Origin: a virus | Virus record (IMG/VR): IMGVR_UViG_3300017987_000033 | Length of the DNA stretch: 39,568 bases | Direction: 5' to 3' (one strand) | Notes under the pieces: generated by a model | Seen by the model: the letters and a program-made list of their open reading frames with translations, nothing else | What the model was told of the DNA's origin: nothing | The model's database searches: none | Made by a program: the position numbers and the translations under genes | Part shown: piece after piece, positions 1-8,721 of the stretch | Layout: each line of letters begins with the position of its first letter | How positions within the stretch are numbered: the stretch's first letter is position 1

Positions 1-123
1 CAGTAAGATCATTACCAACAGTAACGTCATTACCAACAGTAATATCACCTAACGTAACATTAATATCTCCTATATCTACCTCAATGTTACCACCAGTTGT
101 CGTAATATCCGCAGCCGCTGTAA
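1..123. repeat. Exact duplicate of 39446..39568, an end overlap of a circular or circularly permuted genome assembly
   Basis: Bases 1-123 (cagtaagatcattaccaaca...gcagccgctgtaa) are identical to the last 123 bases of the window. Confidence 0.9.
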
Positions 124-913
124 TCTCATTTCCTGCAGTTATAGATCCTAACGTAGCCGTTATGTCTCCAGTATCTACCTCGAGGTTGCCTCCAGTTGTC
201 GTAATATCTCCAACTGACGTAATCGTTCCAGAAAGAGAAATACTGTTGTCTAGGCTAACGGTAACCTCATGAGCTGCTGAAGCCGCCGTGTTAATGTTTA
301 AACCACCTAATACATCTATAGTTCCAGTAGCTGAAACAGTCGCTGTACCACTGTCAGTTGGCATAGAGGTCAATCCTCCACCGCCTCCTCCTCCAGTAGC
401 CTGCAAATCAAGAGTTCCAGGACCTGGGTTAAACACCACAGAACCGTCAGCAGATGTAAGCGTATACCAGGCAGGCGCCCCAGATGTATTGCCAACCAAA
501 ACCTGACCATCAGTGCCAGCGCTCGTAGAAACCAAACCCGAAACATTAGTCTGTAATACACCCTTACCTAAAGATGAAATAGTTAAACTACCAGCCAAAG
601 TAACACTGTCATCCAAATTAACTGTTACCGTAGGACCAGTAGGGTTAACAGTAGTTATATTAGTTCCACCATTAACCTGAATTATAGAACCAACTCCACC
701 TCCAGTTATAAGAGTCCAAGTCGCAACGTGAGCCTCCTTATCTGTCAACATCCAAATATTTTCAGTGCCCGACTCTAACCACAAATGACCTATATCAAAC
801 TCTCTATAATCAGTAGTCAAAGGAGCTCTTTCATACGACGATAAATCAGGGGGCGCCACCGCATTGACACCCCGATAGTTTAAAACTCCTTGTCCCGTAA
901 ACTTCTTTGTCAT
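1..913 (-). CDS. Tail fibre, N-terminal 304 codons of a gene that wraps over the window ends and continues at 39445..36648 (1236 aa in total)
   Basis: The ATG at 913-911 overlaps the TGA of the upstream fibre gene (ATGA). My manual translation, MTKKFTGQGVLNYRGVNAVAPPDLSSYERAPLTTDYREFDIGHLWLESGTENIWMLTDKEAHVATWTLITGGG..., stays open to base 1. It is in phase with ORF 36648..39401 once the 123-bp duplicate is removed. Confidence 0.8.
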   Translation of the reverse strand, partial: MTKKFTGQGVLNYRGVNAVAPPDLSSYERAPLTTDYREFDIGHLWLESGTENIWMLTDKEAHVATWTLITGGGVGSIIQVNGGTNITTVNPTGPTVTVNLDDSVTLAGSLTISSLGKGVLQTNVSGLVSTSAGTDGQVLVGNTSGAPAWYTLTSADGSVVFNPGPGTLDLQATGGGGGGGLTSMPTDSGTATVSATGTIDVLGGLNINTAASAAHEVTVSLDNSISLSGTITSVGDITTTGGNLEVDTGDITATLGSITAGNEITAAADITTTGGNIEVDIGDINVTLGDITVGNDVTVGNDLT

Positions 914-3900
914 CAAAAACCCTTTCCTTTTAAGATAGCTTCTAAGCTTTCAAGGCGATCTTCAAGACTGGATATTTTTTTTGACTGCTTAATAAGCTCA
1001 TTTAATAATAACTGAGGAAGATCATGATATTTAACGTTATAAGGCAACCCTTCATCATCCAAATTAACCAACAAAGGCATGTGCTCCATAACCTCTTCAG
1101 CTATCAAACCATACTGCCTACGCTTAGAAAGATCGTTCTTATAGTTAAATACAACAGGTCTTAAATCCAAAATAGAAGAACTATACGAATCCATATCGTA
1201 AATATTCTCTTTAAACCTTTTAGATGATGTAGTTGTTCCAAATAGTCCAGTATCATCAACTAATACAGCCGCATTAGTACCACCTATTGATTTACCATAA
1301 ACAGGTAAAGATTGAATCGTTCCTGTACCTTTAGGTGTAATAACTATATCAATATTAGCATCTGTACCATCAGCAGCTAAAGTAGTACCAGTAAGCGTTA
1401 ACCCAGCTGCTGCAACATTAGTATCAAACGTTGTTGCATTCATAGTTGTTACTGTAGGTGTTGAACTCCAAGAAGCGTCAGCTCCAGTGGTTCCTATTAG
1501 AACTTCCCCTGTAGATCCAACTGCAGTAGCTGTTATAGCTCCAGTTCCAGAACCTAAAAGAACTCCATGGTCAGTTAATGTAGCAGCCCCAGTACCACCG
1601 TTAGCAACCCCTAGTGAAGCCACTGAACCAAGTTGACCATTAGAATCAACATAGGCTACATTTAATGTGCCACCTGGTGTTACTCCATAAATACCAGCAA
1701 TATAGCAAGCATTATGATTAGTAGAATTACCAATTCTTATTTTTCCAGATTCTGCAGCTACACCTTCATGGCAAAGACATATATTATAACTCTCAGAATC
1801 AGTATAAAGATATCCAGCTGCATATGTATTAGCTCGTCCCAAGGCTAAATTATGAGACCCATGCAATAATTGACCTAAAGTATTATTTCCTAGGGCAGCG
1901 TTGTGATCAGAATCAATTAATTCAAATAGCGCAGACTGGCCAATCGCGGTATTGTACGACCCAGACGTCAAATCCAGCAATGTTTGCGATCCTTGCCCAT
2001 TGTTGGCCTGACCAGATGTTACAGATTTTAAGCATTGATATCCGAGCCCCAAATTATTATTTCCAGTTAATGTAAAATTACCCGCTTCTTTGCCTAAAAA
2101 AACACTGTTAGTTCCATATGCATGAAGATACCTGCTAGCATTTATGGTTATCTGACCATCAGTAGCCGTTGTAGTAGGTAAATTAATACTTCCAGAACTT
2201 ACATCTACATCTCCTGTGGTGACTGTTACTCCAGTGCCAGCTGTTACAGAACCAGTTGTAGTCAAAGATGTCACTGTAGGTGTCAATGTTGAACCAAGCT
2301 GACCATTACTATCTGTAACAACAAGTCCATCATTGCCTCCTGTAGGTGTTACTCCATAAATACCAGCGATATAGGTAGTGTCTTGTTGTCCATTACCAGT
2401 TCCCTGTGTTCCAATATGTATAGTGTTTGACTCTGAAACCGTACCAGTATTAGCGATACATACGTTAGAAGACTCTGATGACGTATAACTATATCCTGAA
2501 GCTTGGCCAATACACGTATTATAAGATCCAGTACTAACGCCATTAGAAAAAGTTGCATTTCCGATAGTCGTATTATACTCACCAGTCGATATATTCGCTC
2601 CAGAACTAGTTCCGATACAAACATTTCTAGATCCTGATGTTAAACCATTTAATGTATTATAACCAAATCCAAAATTATATTTCGCTGTTCCAGGTGTTAG
2701 CGTGAAGTTACCCGAAGAATTTCCTATAAAAACATTATAGTCAGCTGCTAATCCATAAGAATGAATAAGTCTAGTTCCATTTTGAATTATCTGACCATCA
2801 GCTGATGTAGTAGTCGGTAACTTTAAACTTCCAGAACTTACATCTACATCTCCGGTAGTTACGGTCACTCCTGTGCCAGATGTTACAGAACCAGAAAATG
2901 AAGGACTTCCTGTCCATGTTGGGTCAGCTCCCGTTGAGCCCATTAAAGTCTCACCTGTCGCGCCAACCGCTAATGATCCTATAGCAACACCTGTTCCATT
3001 GCCTAAAAGCAAAGCATGATCTGTTGTCGTCTTACCCCATTCATCAATAGTTTCTAGCGCAGCCTGAACAGTAGTATCAGCAGAATCCAGAATACCATCA
3101 AAATTAGTTACATTTGTTACCACTAACGAAGCTTGATTTGTTCCACCTAACGACGAGCCAGTTGTTAAAGTTTCCTTAGAGATAACTACATCTATTATAG
3201 AATCAGTACTCTTTTGGTAAATTATATATCCAAGCCTTGAATTCTCTAGCTTTGCAACCTCATTTGTCGCTACAGCAGTAGTCCCATTAGATATGGCAGC
3301 ATCTGCAGCAGCTAAATTACTATACTGTGATGTGTCTAAAACAGCTCCATAAACAGGAATAGATGAATTAAGATTATCCTTAGAAACATAAAGAGTATAA
3401 ACACCATATTTATTGGCATCTAATACAGTAGCCGTACCAGCATTATTATAATAACCAGTAAATGTATCATTATAATTTTGCCTTACCCATTTACCCGATG
3501 CGTCTGTATGCATCTTAACAAAATCAACTGCCACGCCCGCACTATCAGGAATAGTTGTATACAACCCATGATCACTTAACTCATCAGTACCAACTATTTC
3601 TATTTTTTGAGTACCATTAAGAGTTATATTAGCTCCACCAGAGTGATTTTCTATTATACAGCCTATAGTATTATGAGCATATATAGATACAGCAACAGGA
3701 AAATCATAAGGATGGTTCTCTTTAACTGTAACCTGATTATTAGTAGGTAAAGTGCTATCACGCATACACTGAAATAACGGAATATAATCCTGGAATGTAG
3801 CTAGATCAAAAGAAGTTGTCTTACCTATAGTTCCAGTATCGTCGATATAAATTAAATACGTATTACCAGCTGTTAACCCACTTACTGTTTGACCTCCAGC

Positions 3901-4887
3901 CCATGTTACAGGTACACCTTTTATGTAACCAGTCCCACCAACTAGAAGCTCAAAATCACCTAAAACAGTATCATCAAAATATGGACCCGCAGCAGACCAA
4001 GACTCAAACCCTGTATCACTTTGCAACACAGCATAAGTATCTACAGTTACTGCTCCTGCAACATCAGTTACATCAAGATAAGTAGACGATACACTCAGAA
4101 CTCCACTAGGAGCCGGTGCCTGAAACGTAGGCGCTGTTCCCGCTCCATTTGCTGTTAATAAATACCCAGATATAGCCGCTCCTGTTACAACTCCTATCGT
4201 ATCTGCCGCTGATGCTACAAGTACATCACCTATAGCAACAGAATCTGGATACGTAGAAGCAGTCCATGTTGGATAATTAGCACTAACACCCATCAACAAT
4301 TTTCCGCTATCTCCAACAGCAATAGGAGAAAGAGAAGCTGCTCCTGCACCAGAAAGCAAAGCAAAAGGTGTGTGCATAGCTGCACCTGTTCCACCATTAG
4401 GAACATCTAAGGCAGCTCCAAGGCTTAAGTCGTTTATAACAACCTTCCCTGTACCTTTGGCGGTTATGTTTATGTCTATGTCGGCATCGGTTCCATTCGC
4501 TACAATACTATTTCCAGACATTGCAAGACCAGTAGCAGCTACCCTAGTCTGAAAAATATTAGCGTTAATCGTCCCCAAAGTAATAACATCGTCTAAATTT
4601 ATTGTTACAGTACTACCTGCACTCGTTGTACCTATATTGGTACCACCAGCAACAGTTAAAACATTTAAAGCTGGAATAGCAGAGTTAGCATCGTCCGTTA
4701 AGTATGAAGTTGCTAACGCTCCACCTAAGTTTATAGTTAACGTATTACCCGCTCCAGATGTAGTTATAGTTCCATCACCTATTATATTTATATTACCAGC
4801 ACCATCAGGACTTAACGCCCCACCAGCATCTCCAGTAATAGTAGTGAGTAAGCTATTAGAAAAAAAAACCCTAGAAAGTTGTGACAT
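913..4887 (-). CDS. Long tail fibre (1324 aa) with two tandem beta-roll head modules and a C-terminal peptidase-S74 intramolecular chaperone domain
   Basis: The C-terminus reads TSSKRFKENIYDMDS...LRPVVFNYKND...YGLIAEEV...LPQLLLNELIKQ, the Ser..Lys dyad pattern of endosialidase-type chaperones. It has Gly/Thr/Asn/Ala-rich repeats, and the motifs GTGVTVTTGDVDVSSGS and IAGIYGVTP each occur twice. Confidence 0.85.
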   Translation of the reverse strand: MSQLSRVFFSNSLLTTITGDAGGALSPDGAGNINIIGDGTITTSGAGNTLTINLGGALATSYLTDDANSAIPALNVLTVAGGTNIGTTSAGSTVTINLDDVITLGTINANIFQTRVAATGLAMSGNSIVANGTDADIDINITAKGTGKVVINDLSLGAALDVPNGGTGAAMHTPFALLSGAGAASLSPIAVGDSGKLLMGVSANYPTWTASTYPDSVAIGDVLVASAADTIGVVTGAAISGYLLTANGAGTAPTFQAPAPSGVLSVSSTYLDVTDVAGAVTVDTYAVLQSDTGFESWSAAGPYFDDTVLGDFELLVGGTGYIKGVPVTWAGGQTVSGLTAGNTYLIYIDDTGTIGKTTSFDLATFQDYIPLFQCMRDSTLPTNNQVTVKENHPYDFPVAVSIYAHNTIGCIIENHSGGANITLNGTQKIEIVGTDELSDHGLYTTIPDSAGVAVDFVKMHTDASGKWVRQNYNDTFTGYYNNAGTATVLDANKYGVYTLYVSKDNLNSSIPVYGAVLDTSQYSNLAAADAAISNGTTAVATNEVAKLENSRLGYIIYQKSTDSIIDVVISKETLTTGSSLGGTNQASLVVTNVTNFDGILDSADTTVQAALETIDEWGKTTTDHALLLGNGTGVAIGSLAVGATGETLMGSTGADPTWTGSPSFSGSVTSGTGVTVTTGDVDVSSGSLKLPTTTSADGQIIQNGTRLIHSYGLAADYNVFIGNSSGNFTLTPGTAKYNFGFGYNTLNGLTSGSRNVCIGTSSGANISTGEYNTTIGNATFSNGVSTGSYNTCIGQASGYSYTSSESSNVCIANTGTVSESNTIHIGTQGTGNGQQDTTYIAGIYGVTPTGGNDGLVVTDSNGQLGSTLTPTVTSLTTTGSVTAGTGVTVTTGDVDVSSGSINLPTTTATDGQITINASRYLHAYGTNSVFLGKEAGNFTLTGNNNLGLGYQCLKSVTSGQANNGQGSQTLLDLTSGSYNTAIGQSALFELIDSDHNAALGNNTLGQLLHGSHNLALGRANTYAAGYLYTDSESYNICLCHEGVAAESGKIRIGNSTNHNACYIAGIYGVTPGGTLNVAYVDSNGQLGSVASLGVANGGTGAATLTDHGVLLGSGTGAITATAVGSTGEVLIGTTGADASWSSTPTVTTMNATTFDTNVAAAGLTLTGTTLAADGTDANIDIVITPKGTGTIQSLPVYGKSIGGTNAAVLVDDTGLFGTTTSSKRFKENIYDMDSYSSSILDLRPVVFNYKNDLSKRRQYGLIAEEVMEHMPLLVNLDDEGLPYNVKYHDLPQLLLNELIKQSKKISSLEDRLESLEAILKGKGF

Positions 4888-4889
4888 TA

Positions 4890-5231
4890 TTAATCCTCCG
4901 AACCATAAAGAACCGAGAAGTAAACTTTACCAACTAATGGTATATCTTCCTGTTGAACATAGAGCTTAGAACCCGCAGATAAATATAAGCCAGAATCATC
5001 CGTCTTGTTTGTAGCTATATCTAAAATCAGTTGACTATAAGCACCTAAAACAAAATTATCTGTCGAACCATCAGTAGAAAACATCAACAAAGCATCAGTA
5101 TAATTCTGAATCATTACCATTCTTGCCGGATAACTTAACGCCGAACCAACAGCTGTATACGTACCACCTAAAATAGACCCAAAAGCAAGGCTTCTTATTT
5201 CATCAAACTCTATTCTTACACTATTTTTCAT
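4890..5231 (-). CDS. Hypothetical small protein, paralogue of 5232..5567
   Basis: 113-aa ORF tightly packed between fibre genes. It shares the pattern I.N..D....S.DG...(N)DFVL......LD....G..(L/V)Y......G.(V/I)Y with its neighbour. Confidence 0.6.
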   Translation of the reverse strand: MKNSVRIEFDEIRSLAFGSILGGTYTAVGSALSYPARMVMIQNYTDALLMFSTDGSTDNFVLGAYSQLILDIATNKTDDSGLYLSAGSKLYVQQEDIPLVGKVYFSVLYGSED

Positions 5232-5567
5232 TTAAACCTCCTGAGAATAAGCAGTAACGTATATAAACCCTGTTCCAGCTCCACCCGCCAAATAGACTAT
5301 AGTTCCAGCAGGAAAAACACACTTATTATTGCCAGGCTGGTTGTTATTCTGAAAATCTAACGTTAAATCAGTACCCTCTAAAACAAAATCATTAGCATCT
5401 ATCCCATTAAAACTAACCGAAACCGGAACGTCACTATCATTTATTATGCGAATCTTGAAAGCCGCACCAGAAAAACCATTTACATTAACAGCCTGAAAAT
5501 TACCCGTTAAACCAGCACTGTTAAACGACTGCACCACCTCAGGTTTTACTAAATCTTTCGACATCAC
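5232..5567 (-). CDS. Hypothetical small protein, paralogue of 4890..5231
   Basis: 111-aa ORF that abuts the next gene with no gap and reads like a beta-rich sequence. Confidence 0.6.
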   Translation of the reverse strand: MMSKDLVKPEVVQSFNSAGLTGNFQAVNVNGFSGAAFKIRIINDSDVPVSVSFNGIDANDFVLEGTDLTLDFQNNNQPGNNKCVFPAGTIVYLAGGAGTGFIYVTAYSQEV

Positions 5568-5644
5568 TCTCTCCTATTTAATAAGGGCCACTTCCTCTAC
5601 AGAAGCAGCCCTTGAATTATATCGTGTCTTAATAATCGTGTTAT

Positions 5645-5890
5645 TTATTTCTGTTCAGTAGGTTGCGAATCAGATCCCTCTTTAGCTTCTTGAGCTTTTT
5701 TTGCCTCGGTGATTTCAACCCTTAATAGGTCTAACTTAGCCTGAAAACCTTTTACGGCCTCTTCTAACTCTTCAACCGATGAACCATGAGGAAATAAAAA
5801 ACTATACTGCTTATCCTTAATAATTAAATTAAGTAACGGAATATAGTTTACTATTGGATCACGCTGTTTTTTGCTGTTTTCTTCAGACAT
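5645..5890 (-). CDS. Hypothetical 81-aa protein with a charged, coiled-coil-like C-terminus
   Basis: ORF in the same orientation as the module. Function unknown. Confidence 0.5.
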   Translation of the reverse strand: MSEENSKKQRDPIVNYIPLLNLIIKDKQYSFLFPHGSSVEELEEAVKGFQAKLDLLRVEITEAKKAQEAKEGSDSQPTEQK

Positions 5891-5946
5891 ACTTTTCCCT
5901 TTATTTATATAATTATGTAATTATTAACACACAATAATATTAACAA

Positions 5947-8208
5947 TTAATTCAATACTATAAAGGAAAGAATTATATTACCATTCAATGAAGCTGCGCC
6001 ATCATTTCGAACCGTTACTACTACCGAACCAGCAGCCGTTAGCGTTCTTGTCGCAATCATCTGAGCATCATTTGCTCCCAAATTAGAAACAGTCACAATA
6101 ACCCCAGAACCTTCAGAAATCTCACTGTTTGTAATAGTTAAATCTTGTGTTCCAGCAGCAGCTGTTGTAAGACCAGTAAATGTAGCAACACCAACCTTGG
6201 CATTTATTGTAACTGCAGCAGCAGCTTGTGTATCCGTAGCAGGTGTAAGCTTAATATTACCAGAACTTGCAAACACAATACCGTTTGTTGATCCAGCAGT
6301 TAATGTAACAGCAGTAGCACCTGTTGCATTACCAATTCCAATAGCTCTTTCACCAGCTGTACCAATATTTATAGCTTGATCAATATCGTCTACACCAACA
6401 CCTATTGTTCCACCAGAAGAATCAACTGTTATAGCACCGGATGTAGATAAATCAAATATTCCTGCAGATACATCAAGCGTTACATCGCCTGTTGCATTAA
6501 TATCAAATACGCCACCAGCTGTTACAGTGGTTGCTCCAGTGCCAGCCTGTAAGGTAAGTGCAGAAACACCGGTTGTAGATCCAAGTGTTGTTGTGTGGTC
6601 TGTTGCTGAAGTTGCTAAGAGACAGTCTCCAGTTCCTACATTTAGTGTAAATGATGTTGCACCTGTAATATTGCCAATTACAACATCACGTGCTGCAGCC
6701 CCAGTTGCTATATTTACGCCAAAAGCGTCAGCATCGTTACCTATACCTATAGCAGCAGCTGTTGAGTTAAGCTCTACTACTCCAGCTGTATCTATTGTTA
6801 CATCACCCACAGCATTAACATCAAATATACCGCCAGCTGTTATAGTTGTTGCACCTGTTCCTGCCTGTAAAGTAAGCGCAGAAACGCCGGTTGTTCCACC
6901 AATAGTGGTAGAGTGATCGGTTGCTGATTCACCAATAGACACACCGCCAGTTCCACAATCTACAATAAAACTAGATGCACCAGATGTATTGCCAAAAGTC
7001 AAAACTCTAGCTGCAGCCCCTGTGCCAAAATTCATATTCTGAGCTACGGCATCATTTCCAAATGACATTACTCCGCCAGAAGAGTTAAACTCTAATAAAC
7101 TAGTAGCGTCTACTAAAACATCACCTGTTGAAGTAATAAGAGTATCACCGGTACCAGACTGAATTACGGTGCTTGCAGCGCCTGTTGTCGAGCCAACGGT
7201 GACGGTATGCGCTACCGCGTCAGTACCAATATTTACAGCAGCTGTTCCTGATTCAACTGTGAATGCTCCATTTGCACCAACAAATGAGGCTCCATTTGTT
7301 CCGTAATCAAAATCCATTCCACCTGCAGCGTCAGAAGCACTAAAGTTTAATGCATCTGCACTTGCAAGACCAGAAGCAAAGGTTAAACCACCAACATCAG
7401 AGTGAACATATATAGATGCAGCGTCAGTTCCCTGATCAGCATGAATATCTATTGTCTCTAATGTACCTGCGTCAGTGTGTAAATAAATAGCCTGAGCAGC
7501 ATTATCATCAGAGGTAACTGTACATGTACCAGCAAGCATAAATAAGTCATTTGTGGCTGTTAATGAAGCAGCAGCTATAATATCATCTGTAAGCTCAAGG
7601 GTTATTGTATTAGCAACTGTTCCATCTGTAGAAATATTAGTACCACCAGTTATCGTTGTCGCTCCAGCTAACGGAGAAACAGGACCAGCAACATCAGTTA
7701 CAAAAGTACTTGCTGTTGCACCTGTTGCCCTAAAAATAAGCGAGTTCGAACCAGGAACAATAGTTATAGAACCATCATCACATGTAGGTAGCGCCGCCGC
7801 AGGAGCAACACCTGTACCCATTATTAATATTTGTCCATTAGTTCCAGTAGTAGAAGAAATAACACCAGAAGCATCAGACTGTAAAATGCCATGACCAAAA
7901 GCACCCAAAGTTACAGAGCCAGCAGAAACCTCAAAATTACCCGCAGTAACAGTTAAATTACCAGGATTTACTGTAATAGCAGAAAATGAACCACTTCCAC
8001 CCCCAGCATTAATCCATGTAGCATCTCCTCCCAAAACAACACTAGTCAAGAAGTATGCATCATTATTAGTCTTGTCTATCCATACAGTACCAAGCTCTAT
8101 ATTCCTACTATCAGCAGTTGTAGGCGCTCTTTCTGCAACTATAGGCACAGGACCAACATACAAATCCTGCGTAACATCAAACGGATTAAACCTATTATCA
8201 AAAGCCAT
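5947..8208 (-). CDS. Fibre or tail-spike-like protein (753 aa) with about 105-aa tandem repeats
   Basis: The N-terminal segment AERAPTTADSRNIELGTVWIDKTNNDAYFLT...ATW..GGGSG is homologous to the N-terminus of the wrap-around fibre. Internal units (GTGAAARVLTFGNTSGASSF... versus ATGAAARDVVIGNITGATSF...) repeat with a period of about 315 nt. Confidence 0.75.
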   Translation of the reverse strand: MAFDNRFNPFDVTQDLYVGPVPIVAERAPTTADSRNIELGTVWIDKTNNDAYFLTSVVLGGDATWINAGGGSGSFSAITVNPGNLTVTAGNFEVSAGSVTLGAFGHGILQSDASGVISSTTGTNGQILIMGTGVAPAAALPTCDDGSITIVPGSNSLIFRATGATASTFVTDVAGPVSPLAGATTITGGTNISTDGTVANTITLELTDDIIAAASLTATNDLFMLAGTCTVTSDDNAAQAIYLHTDAGTLETIDIHADQGTDAASIYVHSDVGGLTFASGLASADALNFSASDAAGGMDFDYGTNGASFVGANGAFTVESGTAAVNIGTDAVAHTVTVGSTTGAASTVIQSGTGDTLITSTGDVLVDATSLLEFNSSGGVMSFGNDAVAQNMNFGTGAAARVLTFGNTSGASSFIVDCGTGGVSIGESATDHSTTIGGTTGVSALTLQAGTGATTITAGGIFDVNAVGDVTIDTAGVVELNSTAAAIGIGNDADAFGVNIATGAAARDVVIGNITGATSFTLNVGTGDCLLATSATDHTTTLGSTTGVSALTLQAGTGATTVTAGGVFDINATGDVTLDVSAGIFDLSTSGAITVDSSGGTIGVGVDDIDQAINIGTAGERAIGIGNATGATAVTLTAGSTNGIVFASSGNIKLTPATDTQAAAAVTINAKVGVATFTGLTTAAAGTQDLTITNSEISEGSGVIVTVSNLGANDAQMIATRTLTAAGSVVVTVRNDGAASLNGNIILSFIVLN

Positions 8209-8300
8209 TACTCTCTCCTAAAAAATCTTAATACCTTCACACTTACCAATACAACCCTAAACCCTTAACACACCTCTTTTGAAGTCTTTTATAAAAATAG

Positions 8301-8329
8301 TTGCATTAATACAGTTTTACAGCTATACT
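8301..8329 (+). promoter_or_regulatory. Sigma70-like promoter for the plus-strand cassette
   Basis: TTGCAT (8301-8306), a 17-nt spacer, then TATACT (8324-8329), about 50 nt upstream of the 8379 start. Confidence 0.5.
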
Positions 8330-8378
8330 GTTAATAGATTAGGGATCTAAATAATAATTTTTATGGACGGGGCAAAAT

Positions 8379-8711
8379 ATGAATATTAGTTTATTCGAGA
8401 TACGTGATAAACAATGGGAAAAAGTCGCACAAGAACTTCACAAAATAAAAGAACAAAGAAGATACCTTCAAGGTATAGAATTAAAACTAACATCTAAACT
8501 AAAAGCATTCTCTGAGTATAAAAGCTGTAGAAGCAGTAACTTTGTATTCTACTCCATTGAACAAAAAGGAAGCATAGATTATAAATTAATTCCTGAACTT
8601 AAGAATCTAAACCTCGAACAATACAGAAAAAAAGTAAAATACGGATGGCATATAAAAAAAATCACCCCAAAACTTAAAGGCGAACTAGATGGAGAATTGT
8701 TCAACCAGTAA
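8379..8711 (+). CDS. Hypothetical 110-aa protein: N-terminal coiled coil plus a small C-terminal domain
   Basis: It is the first gene of an opposite-strand cassette inside the tail module. The architecture loosely recalls Gam/Gp157-like proteins, but I cannot confirm that. Confidence 0.55.
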   Translation: MNISLFEIRDKQWEKVAQELHKIKEQRRYLQGIELKLTSKLKAFSEYKSCRSSNFVFYSIEQKGSIDYKLIPELKNLNLEQYRKKVKYGWHIKKITPKLKGELDGELFNQ

Positions 8712-8721
8712 ACAAAAAAAA

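Noticed and set aside
1-123. The 123-bp identical window ends as biological direct terminal repeats or the ends of a mobile element
   Set aside because: The repeat lies in the middle of a fibre coding sequence and closes it in frame, which is what an assembler overlap of a circular or permuted genome produces. It is direct, not inverted.
371-392. The poly-glycine-coding tracts (371-392, 37801-37820, 38385-38400) as slippage-prone phase-variation sites
   Set aside because: The Gly codons are mixed (GGA/GGC/GGT), so no long mononucleotide or perfect short tandem repeat exists. They look like flexible hinges between fibre modules.
2195-2900. The near-identical fibre cassettes as template and variable repeats of a diversity-generating retroelement
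   Set aside because: No reverse transcriptase exists anywhere in this complete genome. The differences between copies are of mixed types, largely synonymous third-position changes, rather than adenine-specific.
5583-5613. The hairpin aagggc..cttc-ctctaca-gaag..gccctt as a terminator
   Set aside because: The stem is interrupted, there is no U-tract on the minus strand, and it sits right at the ribosome-binding site of the next gene. This is too weak to call.
6527-6916. Long plus-strand ORFs inside the fibre genes (84..272, 288..506, 3903..4085, 4370..4552, 4637..4969, 6197..6379, 6527..6916, 7553..7894, 37726..37929, 37936..38451)
   Set aside because: They lie entirely antisense to much longer, coherent fibre ORFs. 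Most of their Pro/Val/Ala-rich translations are the mirror image of Gly/Thr/Ala/Asn-rich fibre codons. I see no ribosome-binding sites or flanking signals. These are shadow ORFs.
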